A stretch of DNA of 62,338 nucleotides, counting the filler. It is 4 parts of 4 records of this genome, joined end to end, with 100 filler letters (N's around TTAATTAATTAA, not from the genome) between each part and the next. Parts side by side here need not be neighbours in the genome. Positions count along the whole stretch, not along the records: positions 52,655 to 62,338 come from SRR31156797_8136; 3 more parts are not named here. The stretch is one strand, 5' to 3'. The notes under the pieces were generated by a model. That model had not been told where the DNA came from and searched no databases. It worked only from the letters and a program-made list of their open reading frames with translations. This document shows, piece by piece, positions 53,936-62,338 of this stretch. A program made the position numbers and the translations under genes. Every line of letters begins with the position of its first letter. Position 1 is the first letter of the stretch.

Positions 53936-54898
53936 CTATTTCATTGCTTTTGCAGCTTCTACAATTTTCGGAATCACAGCGTTTACATCACCCACAATAC
54001 CATAATCAGCTACCTCGAAAATAGGTGCTTCAGGGTCAGTATTAACTGCTACAATGGTTTTAGAACCACTCACTCCGGCAACATGCTGAATGGCTCCGGA
54101 AATTCCGAAAGCAAAATAAAGCGTTGGTGCAATAATTTTACCGGTTTGCCCCACGTGCTCTTCCTCAGGACGCCAGCCTTCATCTGAAACCGGACGAGAA
54201 CATGCTGTTCCTGCTCCTAAAACTTCTGCTAAATCTAAAATAGGTTGCCAATTATCAGGGCTCTTCATTCCACGTCCACCTGACACTACAATTTCTGCGT
54301 CAGTCAGAATTATTTTATCTGTTTGCTTATCCGTTTCAATTACTTTTGTTGTAAATAAACCATCATCAACTCCTGCATCAAATGATTCTATTTTAGCATC
54401 TTTTGGCGATTCTGTCACCTCAAAACTATTATTATCAATTGTCAAAATGCACTTTTCACTGTTTACCTGTACTTTTGCAATGGCTTTTCCGGTAAATACT
54501 TTCTTTTTGATAACAAATGGAGAAGTACTTTCAGGTAGTGCTGAAGCGCCGGCCACTATTCCTGCGTTCATTTTCACAGAAACCACAGGGGCTATTGCTT
54601 TACCGGTAAAATCGTTGGCCATAATTACCACTTTTGCACCAGCCTTCTCAGCCGCATTGGCAATTGCCGTAGCAAAAGCCCTATTATCCAATGCTGTAAA
54701 ACGATCATCAGCCACATTTAAAACCTGATCAGCGCCATACTTAGCTAAAGTTTGCAACTCATCATCTGCCACTTTTCCCAATGAAAGAGCAGTAAGATCT
54801 CCACCTAACTGGTCAGCCAGTGCACGACCATAACTTAATAGTTCGTAAGTGAGTTTTTTGAATTTTCCGTCCCAATTCTGGGTATATACGAGTATCAT
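53936..54898 (-). CDS. etfA: Electron transfer flavoprotein alpha subunit
   Basis: AEIVVSGGRG, CSRPV, VGQTGKIIAP.LY...GISGAIQHVAG, AVNTDPEAPIF..ADYGIVGD. Confidence 0.96.
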   Translation of the reverse strand: MILVYTQNWDGKFKKLTYELLSYGRALADQLGGDLTALSLGKVADDELQTLAKYGADQVLNVADDRFTALDNRAFATAIANAAEKAGAKVVIMANDFTGKAIAPVVSVKMNAGIVAGASALPESTSPFVIKKKVFTGKAIAKVQVNSEKCILTIDNNSFEVTESPKDAKIESFDAGVDDGLFTTKVIETDKQTDKIILTDAEIVVSGGRGMKSPDNWQPILDLAEVLGAGTACSRPVSDEGWRPEEEHVGQTGKIIAPTLYFAFGISGAIQHVAGVSGSKTIVAVNTDPEAPIFEVADYGIVGDVNAVIPKIVEAAKAMK

Positions 54899-55009
54899 AG
54901 TTTTTTTCTTTTTAGTTTACTTACTTGCGTAATGCATAATTTTTGGTTTATCTGAATTTGAAACAAGAATTCAGAATACTCAGTACTCTAGACTCATTAC
55001 TTCAAACTG

Positions 55010-55756
55010 TTAAAGTGCTTTTGCTTCGTTTGCCAACTTGTCCATAAGCTCTGCTTCGTTACCGGGCTCAATCATCACACACTTGCCTTTTGCAGCAGGT
55101 AATTCATAACTTAAGAATTCAGTCTGCGCTTGTGCATCAACAGGTTCAACCACATCTAAAGGTTTCCGACGGGCATTCATTACGCCACGCATACCTGCGA
55201 TTTTCGGTTCAATGGCAATTCCTTTTTGTACAATAGCTACGAATGGTGTAGCAGCTTCGATAGTTTCTTTACCACCTGCTATCTCCCGCTTAACTGTTAC
55301 TTTTCCTCCTTCGATATTCAAAGCACTCATTCCGGCAATTGATGGTAAGTCAGCAACTTCAGCCATCATACTTCCTACGGCCATTCCATTATAATCGCTG
55401 GAATCGACTCCGGCCATTACAATATCGTAATTACCATTCTTAACAACTTCAGCTAATTGATGAGCTGTATACCATGCATCCGTTGGCTCTGCATTCACGC
55501 GAATTGCTTTATCGGCACCAATAGCCAATGCTTTACGCAATACCTGATCAGTATTTGGAGTTCCTACGGTAACCACCGTAATTTCATTAACTCCGGCACC
55601 CTGCTCTTTTAATTCAAGTGCACGTGTTAGGGCCAATTCATCCCATGGATTAATAATCCACTTTACTTCGTTTTCATCGAATTTTTTATTGTCATCGGTG
55701 AACCTGATTTTAGTTGTGGTTTCAGGCACACTACTTATACAAACCAGTATATTCAT
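55010..55756 (-). CDS. etfB: Electron transfer flavoprotein beta subunit
   Basis: ILVCISSVP, INPWDE.AL, LRKALAIGAD, REIAGG.E. Confidence 0.95.
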   Translation of the reverse strand: MNILVCISSVPETTTKIRFTDDNKKFDENEVKWIINPWDELALTRALELKEQGAGVNEITVVTVGTPNTDQVLRKALAIGADKAIRVNAEPTDAWYTAHQLAEVVKNGNYDIVMAGVDSSDYNGMAVGSMMAEVADLPSIAGMSALNIEGGKVTVKREIAGGKETIEAATPFVAIVQKGIAIEPKIAGMRGVMNARRKPLDVVEPVDAQAQTEFLSYELPAAKGKCVMIEPGNEAELMDKLANEAKAL

Positions 55757-55768
55757 AATAATTCTGTT

Positions 55769-56911
55769 TTAGTCTTTTAAAATCGTTCTGGAAATAACTA
55801 ATTTCTGAATTTCAGAAGTTCCCTCGTAAATCTGGGTCAGCTTTGCTTCGCGCATCAATCGTTCCACATGATACTCTTTCACGTAACCATAACCGCCATG
55901 TATTTGAACCGCTTCAGTTGTCACAAACATAGCAGTTTCAGCGGCATAATATTTAGCCATAGCACTGGTCATGCTATAGTTTTTACCGTTTTGCTTTTCC
56001 CAGGCAGCCTTCATCACAAAACCACGTGCTGCTTCTATACGGGTTTTCATCTCAGCCAGCTTAAATGCAATAGCCTGATGCTTATTAATCTCCACACCAA
56101 ACGCTTTACGCTCTTTGGAATATTGCAAGGCTCTTTCATATGCCCCTTCAGCAATTCCTAAGGCTTGGGCAGCAATGCTAATGCGACCACTATCCAGCAT
56201 TGACATGGCAAATTTGAACCCGAATCCATCTTCGCCTATACGATTTTCTTTGGGTACTTTTACGTCAGTGAACATCACAGAATGTGTATCGGAACTGCGC
56301 ATTCCCATTTTATCTTCGTGTGGTCCAAGGGTTATTCCAGGAGAATCTTTTTCTACGATAAACGCATTGATTCCTTTGTGTTTTTTCTCAGGATGCGTTT
56401 GTGCAACAACTAAATAAATACCACCACTATTGGCATTAGTAATCCAGTTTTTGGTTCCATTGATTAAATAGTGATCATCTTTTTCTTCAGCCGTGGTTCG
56501 CTGCATTGATGCATCTGATCCTGCTTCTGGTTCAGAAAGTAAAAATGCTCCTATTTTCTCACCACTGACCATTTGAGGCAAATATTTCTCTTTTTGTGCG
56601 TCATTACCATAACGCTCAATTCCAGCAACAGCCAATGAATTGTGCACAGATAAAATAACAGCTACCGAAGAATCTACTTTTGCAAATTCTTCAATAGCCA
56701 TTACATACGAAATGTAGTCCATTCCCGTGCCACCATATTTTTCATCGGTAATGATGCCGAAAAAGCCCAGTTCTTTGAGCTTTTCCACATGAGCAGTAGG
56801 AAATTCTGCTTTTGCATCACGTTCTATAACGTCTTGAATCAACTCACGCTGAGCAAAATCTCGTGCTGATTCGCGAATCATTTCTTGTTCTTCAGTTAAC
56901 TCGTACCACAT
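55769..56911 (-). CDS. Short-chain acyl-CoA dehydrogenase (butyryl-CoA dehydrogenase-like)
   Basis: FLLSEPEAGSDA, NGTKNWITN, KMGMRSS, GRISIAAQALG, QIHGGYGY, QIYEGTSEIQ. Confidence 0.95.
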   Translation of the reverse strand: MWYELTEEQEMIRESARDFAQRELIQDVIERDAKAEFPTAHVEKLKELGFFGIITDEKYGGTGMDYISYVMAIEEFAKVDSSVAVILSVHNSLAVAGIERYGNDAQKEKYLPQMVSGEKIGAFLLSEPEAGSDASMQRTTAEEKDDHYLINGTKNWITNANSGGIYLVVAQTHPEKKHKGINAFIVEKDSPGITLGPHEDKMGMRSSDTHSVMFTDVKVPKENRIGEDGFGFKFAMSMLDSGRISIAAQALGIAEGAYERALQYSKERKAFGVEINKHQAIAFKLAEMKTRIEAARGFVMKAAWEKQNGKNYSMTSAMAKYYAAETAMFVTTEAVQIHGGYGYVKEYHVERLMREAKLTQIYEGTSEIQKLVISRTILKD

Positions 56912-56913
56912 AG

Positions 56914-58158
56914 CTATGCTTTTTTATAGATGATTGCCATTAATGTTTTATCATCACCACCCATATTCACGCTCATTCCATAAGGACGATTTGGTTTCAT
57001 TTCAATTTGCGCTTTACCGGCATTTCCAGTCAATTGCTCCCAAATAGTCACTGCCATGTGTACACCTGTAGCTCCTGTTGGGTGACCCCAACCAATTAGC
57101 CCACCGGTGGTATTAAATGGCACCATGCCATTTCGATCAGTATGACCGTCTAAAATAAAGTCTGTTCCTTTTCCGTGTTCTGCAAACCCGATAGCTTCTA
57201 CACCCAGCACAGCTGCTGCAGTAAAGCAATCATGAATTTCCACTGTCCCAATTTCATCTTTTGTGATACCGGCCATTTTCATTGCTTTAGCAATAGCATC
57301 AGACATGGTATGCAATACCGTTGGATCTTTTGGCTTTTGTGTAATATCTTCCACACTGTGTCCGTATCCTACAATTTCCACGGCCTGACTTTTATCCACA
57401 CCATGCTTTTTCAATCCCTCTTCAGATAAAATAGCTATGGCCGATGCCCCATCTGATACTTTGGAGCAATCGAACACATTCAAATGATCTGTAAATACCT
57501 TTGGATTTGGCTCCGACTTAATATGCAAAGCTTCCGGATCAGGATGGGTATTATGAAACTCCTGCGCTGTCTCGCACAAACGAGCATTTTCAATGGCCTG
57601 CTTATACCAGCGAGCATAAGCCTTACGTGCTTTCTCACGACCAAATCTTTCAAAGTATGCCCCTGCCCTGTCACTAAACTGTCCAGGGAAAAAGTGAGCA
57701 TGTCCATCTTTTCTATCTTTAAAATATCCGGCTCCTGCCAAAATATCGGCTCCATACACTGCTTTCACAGAATTTTGAACCTCAACTCCAAGAGCCAAAA
57801 CACTATCAGCGGTTTCAGCCAAAACTGATTTTATTCCTGTCATTAAAGCCATTCCACCTGATGCACAGGCAGCTTCAACACTTAAGCTGGGCTTATAATG
57901 AAGTATTGGAGAAACCATGGGGGCAAAAGCACCTAAATGTGCCTGCTTGTTATAGCGAGCTGCCATAAAATTTCCCACTACTGACTCATCAATAGCCTCG
58001 GGATTCTTAAGCATTTTCATTGTTCCTTCACCAGCCTCTTTGATATAATGCTCAATATCAGGGCGAGGCTTCTTAGGATGAAATTCTTTGCGACCGGTAC
58101 CCAATGAAATGGTATTATATCCGGCTGTCATATATATTTTTTTGCGTAACATATTCAA
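56914..58158 (-). CDS. Thiolase, SCP2-thiolase type
   Basis: VEAACASGG (CxS), DCSKVSDGA, EIHDCF, GHPTGATG; C-terminal VNMGG lacks CxG. Confidence 0.9.
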   Translation of the reverse strand: MNMLRKKIYMTAGYNTISLGTGRKEFHPKKPRPDIEHYIKEAGEGTMKMLKNPEAIDESVVGNFMAARYNKQAHLGAFAPMVSPILHYKPSLSVEAACASGGMALMTGIKSVLAETADSVLALGVEVQNSVKAVYGADILAGAGYFKDRKDGHAHFFPGQFSDRAGAYFERFGREKARKAYARWYKQAIENARLCETAQEFHNTHPDPEALHIKSEPNPKVFTDHLNVFDCSKVSDGASAIAILSEEGLKKHGVDKSQAVEIVGYGHSVEDITQKPKDPTVLHTMSDAIAKAMKMAGITKDEIGTVEIHDCFTAAAVLGVEAIGFAEHGKGTDFILDGHTDRNGMVPFNTTGGLIGWGHPTGATGVHMAVTIWEQLTGNAGKAQIEMKPNRPYGMSVNMGGDDKTLMAIIYKKA

Positions 58159-58167
58159 CGTTTTAGA

Positions 58168-59502
58168 TTATACAAAGTCATTTATAGGTCCGTATACATG
58201 GAAAAACCCGGTTTCGAGCACAGTATTTACATCTTCATTTGTAGCTGCAACACTGTCATTTACTAATCCCAATCCAATTTCCTTGCTTTTTTGCATATAT
58301 TCAATTGCCAATTGGGCTCCAGTACTTTGATCTGCTTTAAGTTCAGCAAACCATACTTTAAGCTTGTCTGCTTTTTTCTTATCGCGTAACAAATCTTTCC
58401 AACGTGGCATATTATCCGTTTTTGCAGCTAAATATGCATTCACTTTATCTTTAATAACAGCCACATCTACATAATCCATTGTGTCAGGATTAAGCACTGC
58501 TGCTGGTTTTCCTTTTTCGTATTTGAAAAACCCGTTTTTTTGACTTCCATCGCTATTTTGGCCACCTTTCACGCCAGCATCCACCATTTTATCGAGCAAA
58601 TCACTCTGGAGATTATTATCGATATTACGATCTTTCATAACCTTCATGATATATTGAACTACATCAATTCCCACATAATCATCCAATTGGAAAATACCCA
58701 TAGGACGCACCAGATATTCACGTGTAATAGTATCCACAGCTAAAATGGCTTCATGCAAAGGCATTTCTTCTGATAAACGTGTAGCCATCTCAATCCCGAA
58801 ACGGGTATCACGCATATAATGGCCATTACCAATAAACCCTGCCACATCAGCACTTGGAACAATGATTTTACGTAAGTTTTTCACATACTCGTTGGAGAAA
58901 GATTCCAACTCGGCCAATGTTGAATCAGCCTTAATTAACTCTACTAATTTTTGAATAGCTGGTGGGTTGTAAAAATGGACTCCCATCACACGGCCACCCA
59001 GGTTGGCTTTTTCATCCAGCTCATGGATAGGAATAGATGAAGTATTGGTAAAATACCAGGGTGAATTTTGATTATTGGCTTCAATTTGATTGAAAAGCTT
59101 CACTTTCAAATCAGGATTCTCACTAACGACCTCGCAAATCAAGGTTGAATCGTAAGCAGCTTCTATCCTTGTTGTTGGTTTAATAACCGCAACCACATCA
59201 TTCTCATATTGCGTAATAATGTCGCCATTCTCAATTAAATCTGCACGATCGGCATAGGCCTTACGCAGCATTACAATTTGCTTTTCAGCGGTTTTTTGTG
59301 CTTGTGCCCTTACATATTTCAACAATCCGTTGAGTGCTTCATTTGAAATGTCAATGGCATTAAGCACAAATGTTTTTCCTTTGTTTTCGGGTTTCAGCGA
59401 TTGGTTTACCATTTCCAACGCAGTAAGTAGAAGGATGCCACTACCCATTTTTCCGGCAGCACCCAGCACTGATACATTTTTCAGTTTATCGGTGTAAGAC
59501 AT
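58168..59502 (-). CDS. 3-hydroxyacyl-CoA dehydrogenase family protein (C-terminally extended)
   Basis: GAAGKMGSG, CEVVSEN..LK, TNTSSIPI, GVHFYNP, GFIGN, PMG.F.L.D.VG.DV. Confidence 0.9.
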   Translation of the reverse strand: MSYTDKLKNVSVLGAAGKMGSGILLLTALEMVNQSLKPENKGKTFVLNAIDISNEALNGLLKYVRAQAQKTAEKQIVMLRKAYADRADLIENGDIITQYENDVVAVIKPTTRIEAAYDSTLICEVVSENPDLKVKLFNQIEANNQNSPWYFTNTSSIPIHELDEKANLGGRVMGVHFYNPPAIQKLVELIKADSTLAELESFSNEYVKNLRKIIVPSADVAGFIGNGHYMRDTRFGIEMATRLSEEMPLHEAILAVDTITREYLVRPMGIFQLDDYVGIDVVQYIMKVMKDRNIDNNLQSDLLDKMVDAGVKGGQNSDGSQKNGFFKYEKGKPAAVLNPDTMDYVDVAVIKDKVNAYLAAKTDNMPRWKDLLRDKKKADKLKVWFAELKADQSTGAQLAIEYMQKSKEIGLGLVNDSVAATNEDVNTVLETGFFHVYGPINDFV

Positions 59503-59517
59503 AATTATATTGTTTAA

Positions 59518-60276
59518 TTACCAATTCGGATCTCTTTTCTCTAAGAAGGCTTTCATACCTTCAGTACCTTCATTACCAAACAGCGAAGCAAACACTTCAG
59601 ACTCAAGGCGATTTGCATCATGAAAATGGATCAAACGTCCCTGACGAGCTACTTTTTTTGCCTGCTCAATAGCCTTAGGACCCTTAGTTGCAATCGTTTG
59701 CGCCACCTTCAAAACTTCATCCATCAACTCCTCAGGCTTAGTAACTTTTTGTACCAATCCCATATCGTATGCACGGTTGGCATCAACCATTTCTCCTGTA
59801 AGAAGCATATACAATGCATTACCTAATGAAGTATAACGTGAAAGTCGTTGTGTGCCAGAAAATCCGGGAATTAGACCAAGATTTACTTCCGGCTGACCAA
59901 ATTTTGCTTTCTCACTGGCAATACGAATATCGCAGGCCATAGCCAACTCCATTCCACCGCCCAGCGCAAAACCATTAACTGCAGCAATTACCGGCACACG
60001 AAGGTCTTTTATTTTGTTAAAAATATCCTGGCCACGGTGTGAAAACTGACGGGCATCTTTAGGTTTCATATCTACCATTTCAGCGATATCTGCGCCAGCC
60101 ACAAAGGCTTTATTCTCGCCTGTAATCACCAACACACGTATGTCCGGGATTTCATGAAGAAAGTGATCAAGTTCATCAAAAAATGCAGAATTGAGTGCGT
60201 TCATCGCATCAGGACGGCTGATAGTAAGGATACCTGTCTGCTCGCGCTGTTCGAATTTCAAAATTTTGTAGTCCAT
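59518..60276 (-). CDS. Enoyl-CoA hydratase (crotonase)
   Basis: AFVAGADI, AAVNGFALGGGMELAMACDIR, FGQPEVNLG (both catalytic Glu present). Confidence 0.95.
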   Translation of the reverse strand: MDYKILKFEQREQTGILTISRPDAMNALNSAFFDELDHFLHEIPDIRVLVITGENKAFVAGADIAEMVDMKPKDARQFSHRGQDIFNKIKDLRVPVIAAVNGFALGGGMELAMACDIRIASEKAKFGQPEVNLGLIPGFSGTQRLSRYTSLGNALYMLLTGEMVDANRAYDMGLVQKVTKPEELMDEVLKVAQTIATKGPKAIEQAKKVARQGRLIHFHDANRLESEVFASLFGNEGTEGMKAFLEKRDPNW

Positions 60277-60694
60277 GTCTTGTGAATAATTTTTAGAGTT
60301 TAGACTTCGGGATGATTCATGTGTATATTAAACCAATTGTCTACCAAAAAGTTCAATGCATGAATATATTGAAATATTTGGATAAATACAAAGGATGAAA
60401 AGAGTATTGAGTGTGAGTATAAAGTTTTGAATTAAGAGAAGGCAACTGTTGGGAAATGAAAACTTGAGGGATTTTAGAAAACAAGGGACCTAGAGAGAAA
60501 AATGGTCTATTGGGACAATTGCAGAAACCACAAAATTCTTGGTTTTCTGCACACTGCAAAAAAGAACTTTATACCTCCAGAGACTGTTAAGTGGAATTCA
60601 GGGTTGGTCAAAGGAATCGAAATACCTAGAATACCATCAGAATCAAATGAAATTTAAGTATGATATTTCCTACGATTAGATTGAAAGATTTTCG

Positions 60695-60702
60695 TAATTT
60701 CG
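60695..60702 (+). promoter_or_regulatory. Probable -7 promoter element for lipAB
   Basis: TAATTTCG, a one-mismatch TAnnTTTG variant, 26 nt upstream of the lipA ATG. Confidence 0.45.
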
Positions 60703-60728
60703 CACACTGAATTTGAATAGGAGAACAC

Positions 60729-61592
60729 ATGCAATATCAACGTAAACCGGATTGGCTTAAAATTCAATTACCCAAAAGCGATAGCTATAAAAGGATTAAT
60801 CAATTGATTCAGGCCAACAACCTACATACCATTTGCACCAGCGGCAAATGCCCTAACATGGGTGAATGCTGGAACAATGGAACTGCTACTTTTATGATAT
60901 TAGGCGACACCTGCACACGTGGTTGTCGTTTTTGTAATGTAAAAACGGCCAAAAATCCGGGCGAAATAGATAAAAACGAACCAATCAAACTGGCTCGTTC
61001 AATCGCTAAGCTAGAAATTAAACATGCAGTAATTACCTCTGTGGATCGTGACGATTTGGAAGATAAAGGTGCCGGGCATTGGGCTGAAACTATTAAGCAG
61101 CTCAAGGAACATAATCCTGAATTAACCATTGAGTCGTTGATTCCTGACTTTGATGCCATTCCAGAATTATTGGATTTGATTGTGGAAGCAGCACCAGATG
61201 TGGTTTCGCACAATCTAGAAACTGTTGAAAGATTGACACCTCAGATTCGCTCAAAAGCTCAGTATAAAAGCTCACTTGAAGTATTGAGATACCTTGCCAG
61301 CAAAGGAATGAAAACCAAAAGCGGCATCATGGTAGGATTGGGAGAAACCAAGGAGGAAGTTATTCAGGTAATGGATGATTTACTAGCAGCAAATTGCAAG
61401 GTTATCACTATTGGTCAATATTTACAACCATCGCCAAAAAATATGAAAGTTGATCGATTTGTTACTCCAGAAGAGTTCAAAGAGTACGAAAACATTGGAA
61501 AAGAAAAAGGTTTCGAGTTTGTGGAAAGTGGTCCGCTAGTGCGTTCATCTTACCATGCAGAAAAACACCTTACAAAAAAGAAAATAAACTAA
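60729..61592 (+). CDS. lipA: Lipoyl synthase
   Basis: RKPDWLK, CX4CX5C (CTSGKCPNMGEC), CX3CX2C (CTRGCRFC), GQYLQP, RSSY. Confidence 0.97.
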   Translation: MQYQRKPDWLKIQLPKSDSYKRINQLIQANNLHTICTSGKCPNMGECWNNGTATFMILGDTCTRGCRFCNVKTAKNPGEIDKNEPIKLARSIAKLEIKHAVITSVDRDDLEDKGAGHWAETIKQLKEHNPELTIESLIPDFDAIPELLDLIVEAAPDVVSHNLETVERLTPQIRSKAQYKSSLEVLRYLASKGMKTKSGIMVGLGETKEEVIQVMDDLLAANCKVITIGQYLQPSPKNMKVDRFVTPEEFKEYENIGKEKGFEFVESGPLVRSSYHAEKHLTKKKIN

Positions 61593-61597
61593 ACATC

Positions 61598-62266
61598 ATG
61601 TCAAATAAAATACAATTCCAGGATTGGAAAACCCTTGATTATAAAAAATCGTGGGACAAACAGCAAGAAATTTTCGATTTACAAATTGCTCGTAAAAACA
61701 ATGGTGAACCAACTGAAAACACCTTAATTTTTGTGGAGCATCCGCACGTATATACTTTAGGTAAAAACGGCGACCGTAGCAACATGCTCATCACAGATGA
61801 AATGTTAGCAAAGATTAATGCCACGTACTATCACATTGACCGTGGTGGGGATGTCACATATCATGGTCCTGGACAAATTGTTGGTTATCCTATTTTCGAT
61901 CTTGAAAACTTGAAACTATCCTATAAAGGCTTCATAGATAATATTGAAAAAGGTATTATGAAATACCTCAAAGAAGAACATAATGTTGATACATTCCAAT
62001 CTGAAAAAGCCACCGGTGTTTGGTTGAACACAGAACGTGGAGAGGAGAAAATATGTGCCATAGGAACACGTGCCAGTCGCTATGTTACCATGCATGGATT
62101 TGCACTCAACATCAATACAAATCTTGAATATTTTGACTATATCAATCCATGTGGATTTAAGGATAAAGGGGTTATTTCCCTCGCTAAAATCATTGGAAAA
62201 GAGATGGATTTTGAAGCTGAAAAAACTAAACTCAAAAAATACCTGCTTAAAGCATTTGAGAATTAG
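61598..62266 (+). CDS. lipB: Lipoyl(octanoyl) transferase
   Basis: EHPHVYTLG, RGGDVTYHGPGQ, KICAIG, HGFALN, PCG. Confidence 0.96.
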   Translation: MSNKIQFQDWKTLDYKKSWDKQQEIFDLQIARKNNGEPTENTLIFVEHPHVYTLGKNGDRSNMLITDEMLAKINATYYHIDRGGDVTYHGPGQIVGYPIFDLENLKLSYKGFIDNIEKGIMKYLKEEHNVDTFQSEKATGVWLNTERGEEKICAIGTRASRYVTMHGFALNINTNLEYFDYINPCGFKDKGVISLAKIIGKEMDFEAEKTKLKKYLLKAFEN

Positions 62267-62330
62267 TTTCAAGTTTCAGGTCTCAAGTTTCAGGTTGCTA
62301 AAACTTGAAACCTGAAACTTGAAACCTGAA
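62267..62330. repeat. Heptamer repeats forming a long inverted repeat
   Basis: (TTTCA[A/G]G) x4, a short spacer, then (C[T/C]TGAAA) x4, immediately after the lipB stop. Confidence 0.8.
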
Positions 62331-62338
62331 CCGAATCG

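Noticed and set aside
53786-54187. 133-aa plus-strand ORF
   Set aside because: It is antisense to etfA and runs through repeat and terminator sequence; no recognisable protein features.
60280-60297. Rex operator upstream of the crotonase gene (TTGTGAATAATTTTTAGA)
   Set aside because: Only one half-site matches TTGTGAA-N4-TTCACAA, which is expected by chance in AT-rich DNA.

Overview
The window is not one continuous locus. It is four Bacteroidota (Bacteroidales-like) contigs joined by artificial 100-nt spacers (N44-TTAATTAATTAA-N44) at 31909-32008, 37712-37811 and 52555-52654. Contig 1 (1-31908) has a ~3,680-aa T9SS-secreted protein built from 17 tandem DUF1533-like + Ig-like modules, a LysM protein and a degenerate ferritin-like protein. 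It continues with a ~17-kb co-oriented accessory array of secreted hydrolases and two candidate anti-phage genes; the array carries integron-cassette-like GTT/AAC boundaries and a REP-like hairpin family. Contig 2 (32009-37711, visibly more GC-rich) is a compact 5-gene operon: stand-alone TiaS-like (GIDDTD) enzyme, ECF S-component-like membrane protein, surface lipoprotein, TonB-dependent receptor and T9SS cargo protein. It is the best candidate here for an undescribed uptake-and-modification system. Contig 3 (37812-52554) has hflX, a GxxExxY gene with palindromic repeats, a DcaP-like porin plus Cache-MCP pair, asd, a lamin-tail T9SS protein, a TPR histidine kinase and small accessory genes. 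Contig 4 (52655-62338) has an ORF6N pseudogene, an acyl-CoA oxidation cluster (crotonase, 3-hydroxyacyl-CoA dehydrogenase, SCP2-type thiolase, acyl-CoA dehydrogenase, etfBA) and lipAB. No rRNA, tRNA, CRISPR array, integrase or transposase was seen. All family assignments come from motif recognition by eye, not from database searches.
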